Positions 55,669 through 64,000 of a stretch of DNA of 64,000 nucleotides are shown in pieces. The notes beneath the pieces were generated by a model, which did not search any database, was not told where the DNA came from, and worked only from the letters and a program-made list of their open reading frames with translations. Each line of letters opens with the position of its first letter. Position 1 is the stretch's first letter. The DNA lies in the IMG/VR virus record IMGVR_UViG_3300028591_000010, positions 32,001 through 96,000 of that record. One strand, 5' to 3'. The position numbers and the translations under genes are program-made. The stretch is from a virus. Lineage: Duplodnaviria; Caudoviricetes.

Positions 55669-57894
55669 ATGACACACTTAAATATACAACAAGGATAGAA
55701 TATAGAGGTAGTAAGTACTAACCTTATAAAGAAGTTATATGAAGCTGCTTTATCTGTACCTGAACCATTAGAAGGAGAGTAGGATGCTGCATATATGTCT
55801 GGTAATCTATAGGTAGATAAGAGTTATAGAGCATAGGTTGAGTATTTGACTAATAGATTTGATGATCTGCATATAAACGTAACAGATAGCTATTATATAC
55901 CATTTGAAGATAGTGCTGTATTAAACGTATTGCTTGCTAATAATATAGGATCTGATGGCATTGGAATAACGGAAGCAGAAGCTGCCAATGCTACTCTTAC
56001 AAATAATACATTTAAGAACAATACTACTATTACATCGTTTAATGAATTTTCTTATTTTACTAGAGCAAATATTAATCCAGTAAATAATTTATTTGAAGGA
56101 TGTACTAATTTAGAGGAAGTTGATTTATCTTAGGCTACAAAAATATCAGAGGGAGAATTTTTATCATCTGGAATAAAAGAAGTATATGCACCATCATTAA
56201 TAGAAATAGGATAGGCCGCTTTTAGAAATAGTTCAGTTGAAACAGTAACTTCTTTAGGTAACATAGTAAGTATTCCATTTGGTTGTTTTATGTATTGTAA
56301 TGATTTACAAACAGTACAATTACCTAGTTCAGTAACAACTATTTCTCCTGGAGCATTTTCTGTATTAACTAATGGTGTTAGTAGTCTTACTTATATAAAT
56401 TTAAATAATGTAACATCAATAGATAATTCAGCGTTTACAAATTGTAAATTATTAAATATTGATGCTTCAGATTTATCTAATTTAGTATCTATAGGAGGGG
56501 AAACTTTTTCTAGTTGTTTTAGTATTCATGGAGAATTAAATATGCCCAATTTAATATCTGCAGGAAATAAGTGTTTTAATAGTTGTAGTAGGATAACTAA
56601 AGTAAAATGTTTAGGTAAAATAACAACTATTCCAGAATTTTTTATGGTTAAATAGTTTAGTTCTGGAATGGCATTAACTGAAGTTTATTTACCTTATGAA
56701 TGTACATCAATTTAGTGGAATGGTTTTAATGGGTGTTCTGCATTAACAACAATTAAACAATATACACAATCAGTAGATAATTGGGTTAATGGAGAACCTT
56801 CAAGTTACGGAAGAATTACTAGAATAACAGCTTTCGGAGATTAGTGTTTTTAGAATTGCAGTTCCTTAACTATCACAACAGAAGATATTGAAAATGCGGT
56901 TACTATTGGGATGAGTGCTTTTGCAAGTTCTGGACTTACCGGAAATATAAATCTTCCTAATTTAACATCGCTAGGACAATACGCATTTTATGCGAGCGGA
57001 GTAACAGGAGCTACTGATCTTGGAAGTATTACAGAAATCCCGCAGTATTGTTTCTAGTATTCCGGATTGTAGTCAATAACACTCCCTAGTACTTGTACTA
57101 CTATAAAAAGTAGAGGATTATCTGATATGACTACTCTTACTACTGTAAATGGTATGTCAAATGTTACTACTATAGAAAGTTATGCTTTTTATAATGATAC
57201 TAATCTAACGTCTGTAGCTGGATTATCTAATGTTACTAGTATTGGAGAAGGTGCATTTTATAATTGTCCTATTACTGGAACACTAAATCTTCCAAATCTT
57301 GTTTCTTTAGGAAATATTGCATTTCGATAGACCAATATAACAAGTGTATAGAATTTAGGATAGGTTTCCGAAATAGGAGATCCTTTTTGGAATTGCCCTA
57401 GTATTACAGAAATAATTTTACCTACTACATTAAGAAAATCGGGATGCTTTTATAATACACATGTATCTAAGCTTATATATCCTTATGGATATACAGAATA
57501 GACTGCATCATCTCTGTGTGGAAATCAACAAGGAGCGTATTTATAGTATATACAATTTCCTAGTACTATAACAAAAATAGTACTTGACGATATGTATAGA
57601 GACTCTGGAAGTAGTAGAATTACTTGTCATGTTGTCATATAGGCTACAACCCCTCCTAATACAAACAGAAATCCTTCTGATACTGAACGTGCTGGCCTCG
57701 GATGGGGATGGGGAGATCCAAGAAATGCTAGATGGTATGTCCCAGATGCAGTAGTAAATACATACAAAGCAGATACACAGTGGTCTTCTATTGCAGATTA
57801 TATATTCCCAATATCTCAATTGGAAGCAGATTCTCCTACTTGTTGGGCTTGGTATCAAGCAAATAAAGATTACGGAGTACCTGCACAATCATAA
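55669..57894 (+). CDS. BspA-type leucine-rich repeat (LRR_5) protein (~741 aa); TAG=Gln
   Basis: LPSSVTTISPGAF and VTSIGEGAFYNC repeats; YVPDAVVNTYKA..WS cap; frame +1 readthrough. Confidence 0.85.
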
Positions 57895-57921
57895 CAGAAC
57901 CTCAACTGTCTAAAATGAGGA

Positions 57922-57963
57922 TGCATAGAATGGTTAACGTAGGTTCGATTCCTACCTATGCAC
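57922..57963 (+). ncRNA. tRNA minihelix
   Basis: TGCATAG-AATGGTTAAC-GTAGG-TTCGATT-CCTAC-CTATGCA. Confidence 0.65.
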
Positions 57964-57972
57964 AATAAATAT

Positions 57973-58075
57973 TGCGAGGTAGCTTAATGGTAAAGCTGGA
58001 GACAAGTGCTTGTAAACGCGTTGTGGCGGCAAGTGAAGGAGGCACCTGTAGATGGTTCGATTCCATCCCTCGCGG
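57973..58075 (+). ncRNA. tRNA-like RNA with intact acceptor, D and T arms but an enlarged non-canonical anticodon domain
   Basis: TGCGAGG/CCTCGCG, AGCTTAATGGTAAAGCT, GATGG-TTCGATT-CCATC; a ~52-nt insert replaces the anticodon and variable arms. Confidence 0.65.
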
Positions 58076-58141
58076 CAAACAGACCAACTGTATAACTGGT
58101 TACTAATTAACTTTATTTACTAATTAAACTAAATTAAACTT

Positions 58142-59023
58142 ATGGAAAGTTCTAAGATTATGATGTTCCCTGAGATGGGAAGTAATAGCATTGATCCAAA
58201 TCTGTTGATGGCTTTAAACAATAATGGTGGATTTGGTGGTAACAACTGGATATGGATTCTGTTCCTGTGGCTCATTTGGGGCTGGGGAGGTAATGGTAAC
58301 TGGGGTGGTAATGGAGCTAACGGCTTCCTTTCTAACCAGATTGCTAATGACTCCGGTCGTGAGCTGCTTATGAACGCTATTCAGGGTAATGGTAACGCTA
58401 TACGTGATATCGCTACTATGCTGAATACTGAGGTTCAGACTGTGCAGAATGGTATATTCACATTGAACAATGCTATTACTTCTGTTGGTACTCAGGTGGG
58501 CATGAGCGGATTGCAGATCTAGAACGCTATCCAGAGTGGTAATGCATCTATCGCAAGTCAGATTTGTCAGTGCTGCTGCGAGAATAGACTGGCTATTGCT
58601 AACCAGACTAACACACTGCAGTCACAGATGGCAGCTGCTCAGGCAGCAGATCAGCTTGCTGTATGTCAGCAGACTAATACACTCTCCACACAGGCAGAGC
58701 GTAATACTCGTGACATAGTAGATGCTATACAGAGTCAGAGTGTTATGATCAACGATAAATTCTGTGATCTTGAGAAGAGAGAACTGCAGGATAAGATCAA
58801 TACTTTGACGGCTGATAATGCTCTGTTGCGTTCTAATGCTAATAATGCTGCTCAAACTGCATTCATTAACGAGAAGTTCAATACTATTAACGCTGAACTT
58901 GCTGCTATTAAAGCTTCACAGCCTAATACAATTCCTGTTCAGTGGCCTAACGTACAAGCTGTAAACACTACTCCTTATGTGGGTAACTTCTACGGTTGGG
59001 GTTCTAATAGCTTCTGGAATTGA
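58142..59023 (+). CDS. Gly/Asn-rich coiled-coil protein with TM segment (QCCCEN family), one TAG=Gln
   Basis: 58142 and 58628 fragments are in the same frame; TAG 58520-58522. Confidence 0.85.
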
Positions 59024-59041
59024 TTGAGAAAGGAGGTACTT

Positions 59042-59398
59042 ATGTTTGGTACTACTAATTATCCATTCAATTTCTCTAATAGAAGAGGAATTCCTATGTT
59101 GGAAAGTACATCTGTCACTGTAACAGATGACAACGTGGTACTGAATCTTCCGAATAGAGCTTTTAGATGGTTGAATGACAAAGGTGTTATTTTATTCCGT
59201 TTAAATCAGCCTATTCCCGAAGGTACAACCGGAACACTTCCAGTACTATTTTCATCCAACGATTTTACACAACCGCTGACGAATATCGGAGGTACAGCTA
59301 TTACTGCTGCTCAGATAACTGGCACAGGTGTATACCTTATCTATTACGATAAAGGTGCTAACCTGATGCAGTTAATGACAACCGCTATTCCAGCTTAA
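59042..59398 (+). CDS. Hypothetical protein
   Basis: ATG 59042, MFGTTNYPFNFSNRRGIP. Confidence 0.8.
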   Translation: MFGTTNYPFNFSNRRGIPMLESTSVTVTDDNVVLNLPNRAFRWLNDKGVILFRLNQPIPEGTTGTLPVLFSSNDFTQPLTNIGGTAITAAQITGTGVYLIYYDKGANLMQLMTTAIPA

Positions 59399-59423
59399 TA
59401 CTAACTTTTAACTTTATTGAATT

Positions 59424-59723
59424 ATGGTAGTTATTGAAATGCGCGAAGCCGCACAAGAAAGAGCTCTTGATCTCGTAGACGAACTTCACGAGTTAGGTCA
59501 TGAGAAGAAAATGATTTTATGTGAGCTCGAAGATACATTGTATGATTGTTTTGAAACTCCTAAAGACGAGAAAGAGGAAGGGTCTGATGAAGGCACTGAC
59601 CTCGGTTTCAAGCGTCGTTACGCAATGCGTAACTTCAACGAAGATGAGGACAGAGATACAGAGAAAGTCCATCATTATCGTAGAATGCGTATGCGTAGAA
59701 ATAGGATGGGTAGATATGTATAA
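59424..59723 (+). CDS. Hypothetical protein (acidic, with Arg-rich tail)
   Basis: 99-aa ORF. Confidence 0.8.
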   Translation: MVVIEMREAAQERALDLVDELHELGHEKKMILCELEDTLYDCFETPKDEKEEGSDEGTDLGFKRRYAMRNFNEDEDRDTEKVHHYRRMRMRRNRMGRYV

Positions 59724-59778
59724 TTAATTGTGCACTCGGGGGCTACGGCCCCTGACAATGCACATAAAAAGTAATAAT

Positions 59779-60276
59779 ATGTTTTCAGGATTAAGACAAG
59801 GTACAGCTCTTTACGTATTAGATAAGAGCAAAGAACCTAAAGTTATGACGGGCTATGTGGAACGTATAAGTGCTCCACACCCTATGTATCCTAACTACAA
59901 CCCATCTGTAAGCTTTGGAGCAAACCTTCAAACTATTGTAGATGTGACGGTTAAGTTGGGCGATGAGAGAAAAGAATTTATGGGTGTACCTAGTACAGCT
60001 GTAATTCATTCTTATGGTGATTACGTACTTAGTGAATCTAAAGATAGTATGATTCAGGAGGTTACTACGATGCTAGAGAACAGTAAAAGTATTCTAGCTA
60101 ATGTAGACCAACACAAATCTAACATATCAGCTTGTGAGAAGATACTTAAAGAGTTGAATCCAGTATACGCTAAAGAACAAGAAAGGGATGAAGCAATAGA
60201 CAACATCTCTGGACGTATGGATCGTATAGAGGATATACTTGCTAGGCTTGAGAACAAGTTAGGTACGTAGATATGA
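59779..60276 (+). CDS. Hypothetical protein (C-terminal coiled coil)
   Basis: MFSGLRQG; readthrough of TAG 60268-60270 gives a TGA overlapping the next ATG (ATGA). Confidence 0.8.
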
Positions 60277-60668
60277 TAGCCCAATACATAAAATTAGGAG
60301 ACAAAGGATGGAACGTTCTAGTGTACTACGGTGTACATAGAGAAGACTTTATTGAAGTAGAGGACGCCCTTAAATAGTTGGGGTGCTCATATAGAGATAT
60401 ACGTAGATCTTTAAAAGTGTTAACTAAATAGAATACTGGTTTTACGTTTAGTAACTCTGATTATAAGATGAGTATAATATGTGTAGGTCCTTCTTCAGAT
60501 GTAAGTCAATTTGTGAACACTGCTATACACGAAGCTAAACACGTTCAATCCCATATATGTTCATACTACGATATCCCAGAGAACAGCGAAGATGCCGCGT
60601 ATCTAATCGGGTATCTAGTACAGAGAATGTACAAAATGTTCTCTAAGATAATAAAATAGTATGTTTGA
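60273..60668 (+). CDS. Zincin-like protein (HEAKH), three TAG=Gln
   Basis: MIAQYIKLGDKGWNV..AIHEAKHVQ..SEDAAYLIGY; same motif layout as 42126-42545. Confidence 0.75.
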
Positions 60669-61179
60669 TATTAAAGGTGATAAAATTTCTCTCGCAACAG
60701 AGGACTTGGCTATACCTCCATTCAGAGAGCATTACAACAATGCTAAAGACAAGTCTTCTGCTGTGAAGGAGATAGAATATGTAATATGGCTATACAAATG
60801 GAATACTCCATATGAAGCATATCCTCTAGAGACGAGGGCTTCGACTGTAGCCAAAGATATATTTGGGGATGAGAAATATATACCCACTGAAGAAGTGAAA
60901 GCTCTAGCAAAGCGGTTCTTAGAGTTTCAAGAGACTCCTGGAACTAGGCTACTATCAGCTTCACAAACTGCAGCAGAAGGACTTATAGCAGCTTTAAATG
61001 ACTATTCTCAAGGGAATATGGACATTGATACGGCCATTAAAGTTACGCGTATATTAAAGGACGTAGGTAACATTGTTAAGTCTTTAGATATAGCAATGAA
61101 ACAAGCTAAGGCAGAACAAGTAGATGCAGGTAGAGTTAAAGGTGGTGGTATAATTGGAAGATACGAAATACCTAGGTAA
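60661..61179 (+). CDS. Hypothetical protein
   Basis: 172-aa ORF. Confidence 0.8.
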   Translation: MFDIKGDKISLATEDLAIPPFREHYNNAKDKSSAVKEIEYVIWLYKWNTPYEAYPLETRASTVAKDIFGDEKYIPTEEVKALAKRFLEFQETPGTRLLSASQTAAEGLIAALNDYSQGNMDIDTAIKVTRILKDVGNIVKSLDIAMKQAKAEQVDAGRVKGGGIIGRYEIPR

Positions 61180-61191
61180 AAATATTATAAT

Positions 61192-63945
61192 ATGATAAAT
61201 ACAATATTTTATTTTATAGATGATCTGTCGTTTGAAGATTATCAGGGAATGTTATAGAGAGAAGAGATAGCACCACATACGATAGTCTTTGTTTCTAGCG
61301 ACAAAACTATATACAAAGGTGGCGTATAGTACGGTACCACTAGTGATGAGGATCTATTGGAGACTTTAAAAAAGCTGATAAAATAGAATCCCGACTATAT
61401 ACTTCCTGCCGCTACTTCTACAAAACTAGGAGCAATAAAGATAGGTTATCCTGAGAATCAAAGAAACTATGCTGTCCGTTTGGATGAAGAGACAAAGAAA
61501 GCATATGTTACTGTACCCTGGGATACTCAAGTTGGTCCTAAGGGTGATAACGGTAGAGGTGTTGTTTCTATAGAGCTCACTAGTTCCGAAGGCACCAATC
61601 CTAGAATAGACACATATACCATAACTTACACAGATGGTACTACTTCTACATTCCAAGTAACAAACGGTGTTATTGGTAGAGATGGTAGAGATGGTGCTAA
61701 AGGAGATAAAGGTGCTAAAGGCGACAAAGGTGATAAAGGAGATAAGGGAGATCCTGGTGAAAAAGGTGCTAAAGGAGATAAAGGTGATAAAGGAGAAAAG
61801 GGAGAAAAAGGTGACCCTGGCGTAGGAGGTACAGTACCAGAATACGACGACACAGAACTTCGTAACCTTATTAGTCTTTTACAAGACGCTCTTGATGATG
61901 CAAACGCTGTAGCAAATCAAGAAAAACAAAGACTCAACGATCTTATAAACGGTCTTGATGCATCCATAAGACTTAAAATAGAACAGTTAATGGCAGATGC
62001 TAACTGGGTCTAGAATAACTTTCCTGAAAATACACCGGGTAGTCAATCTAACTTTGGGCAAAGTGATGTAGAGGCTTATATACAAACTCTTGGTATCTGG
62101 GCAAAGGATGGAGATGTAACTAGAACAAGCTGGAATACACTTAGTCAGAATGTAAGTTCATAGGGAGATAGACTTTCGTCTATTGAAGGTAGAGTTACAA
62201 CTCTTGAGGGTACTACAGCTACAGGTGGTAACGTAAACTATAATCTGTTGTCTTCAAGCTTATATGCGTGGCTTAACGATCACTATACCGAAAGTGGAAT
62301 GGAATCTACATGGGCTAAATTCATGCAGCTTAGTTCAGATGAGATATAGATGCTCAAATGGATGTCTTCCGGATGTAGATCTTATATAGATACACAATCA
62401 GAAACAGCTGTTGCCCAGTTATTTGCTGCTGCTAGAGATTACGCTGATAATCAGACTGTACTCTCTTAGGCAGCTGCTGATGTGAACGCTTTGGTAGAAA
62501 GAGACGGTAATAATAATCTTGTGGCTAAATCTGCTATGACAGCTATGGTAGATAACGCTATTACAGGTATTATCAATACAGCTACAGGAACTTCTGTCGG
62601 CACTACTATTTTCACACAGATGGAAAGTGACATCGATGCCAACAAAACCAATATTGCTGCAATCGCCACAAAGCTTACCGGAAACAGTGCTAATATTTCT
62701 GTCGGAGCAAAACTTGATGCTTTCACAGCAGGACTTATAACTAACCTCAACTTGGACAGTGCAGTAAATGGATTGCTAGCAACAAGTACTACAGCTACTT
62801 ACGGCACTGTTAGTGCTGCAATAATGCAGAACGTTAGTTCAGCACTTAGTGCTCAGCAAGACTTTGTATTAAAGAATGATCTTACATCTGCATATATTAT
62901 ACAGAAGATAAATGGCAATCAGTCTGAGACTACTATTGGATCAGATAAGATTAATATACATGGTGCACTTATCGCAGAAAACGCCACTATTACACAGTTG
63001 GTTAGCGACTTTATTTCTGGCGGAAGCGCTACATTTACTGGAGCTGTATAGGCAACATCATTCGTAGCCGGTGATCCGAACGGTATAAATATTACGACTA
63101 CAGCAAATCAAATTGCATTTAGAAACGGTGTTGATACTAGAGCGTATTTTGACTTGAATGGCAGCGGTATGCAGTTGCATGTAAAAGACAGTAGTGGTGA
63201 TTGGTATACTATTGATTTTGCATTCTGGAATAACGAAGGCGGAAATAATGGTCCTGCTAATCACGTAACGTTATTTAAATTAAAAAATACTATTCCACAA
63301 GATGCAATTAATACAGAAGAAGTAAAAGATAGTACTAAAACAATTTATTATACTAATTTAAGGAAATGTTATACGGATTATGCTGGAACCACTGTCGCAT
63401 CAAATTCAAACACATCTGGATATTATATAAATATAGCAGACTATAGAGACATAACTGCATCGAATGTTTGGCCTGCTGGAGATAATTTAAATTATTGGAG
63501 AGTTTTTTATACATATACTTATCACCATCCTACGTCTGGGGATTATACATATCCTGCTGTACTTAGTGCTTGGCCAGTAGAAGCATACGCTCCCGTATCG
63601 TTTGATAATTATGGTCAAATGATAATTGATACAAATCCTAATAACTTTATAGTAGTTACACGTGCGAGAGAATATGGAGGCTACGATTATGTATATTACT
63701 TTAGAGGAGCCTCTGTTACTACTAGTATACCTATTAGTAGTACATTCACTGGTTATAAAACAAATTCTGGTTCTGGTGGCGGAGATGCAGATATCCCCGT
63801 AGGAGGACCGTCGCGTATTGCAGGATTTTCTAGCGGTAGCAACGACTTATATATAGGTACTCTAACTAGATCTCTTACTACTATGAGTGGTCACTTCTCT
63901 ACTGGTATATATAGCGGAGGAACTCTTACAGTCGCTAGCTATTAA
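61192..63945 (+). CDS. Collagen-repeat tail fibre (~917 aa); TAG=Gln
   Basis: Frame +1 readthrough joins the 61480, 62482 and 63154 fragments; LPAATSTKLGAIKIG; Gly-X-Y run; coiled-coil shaft. Confidence 0.85.
61675..61821 (+). repeat. Collagen-like Gly-X-Y coding repeat
   Basis: GRDGRDGAKGDKGAKGDKGDKGDKGDPGEKGAKGDKGDKGEKGEKGDPG. Confidence 0.9.
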
Positions 63946-63967
63946 TCTATTAGAAATATAATTGATT

Positions 63968-64000
63968 ATGGAAAGAATTAAAACCATATTTTATTTTGTA
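63968..64000 (+). CDS. Start of next tail-fibre-like gene (truncated by window)
   Basis: MERIKTIFYFV resembles the MINTIFYFI start of the 61192 gene. Confidence 0.55.
   Translation, partial: MERIKTIFYFV

Noticed and set aside
45410-64000. Diversity-generating retroelement acting on tail genes
   Set aside because: No reverse transcriptase or TR/VR pair seen in the window.

Overview
About 64 kb of a crAss-like (Crassvirales-type) Bacteroidota phage genome that uses two genetic codes. Late/virion genes read TAG as Gln (code 15): + strand 1-11087 and 42702-64000, plus a minus-strand lysis cassette at 39890-42545. The fragmented ORF track there joins into giant genes: virion RNA polymerase (DFDID), a ~2435-aa polyvalent ejection protein, tail fibres, a CotH/LRR protein and a BspA-LRR protein. 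The early/middle minus-strand block (11150-39544: PolB, DnaB-like helicase, primase, SSB, nucleases, ECF sigma factor) uses the standard code. An amber-suppressor tRNA(CUA) lies in the late operon behind an ECF-type divergent promoter pair, and the endolysin carries one in-frame TAG. The RNA layer is unusually rich: (1) a circularly permuted two-piece tmRNA (G3:U70, tag GNINIADYTGLKEAA); (2) about ten anticodon-less tRNA-like elements at gene junctions; (3) a ~2.1 kb hairpin-rich region without a convincing ORF that may be a giant ncRNA; (4) a motif AGARCY-N2/3-RAGYC at the starts of six replication genes, with four more copies in a non-coding sponge-like region; (5) four UUGCGG-loop hairpins; (6) three copies of a 30-bp candidate early promoter. 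All calls were made by eye; no searches were run.
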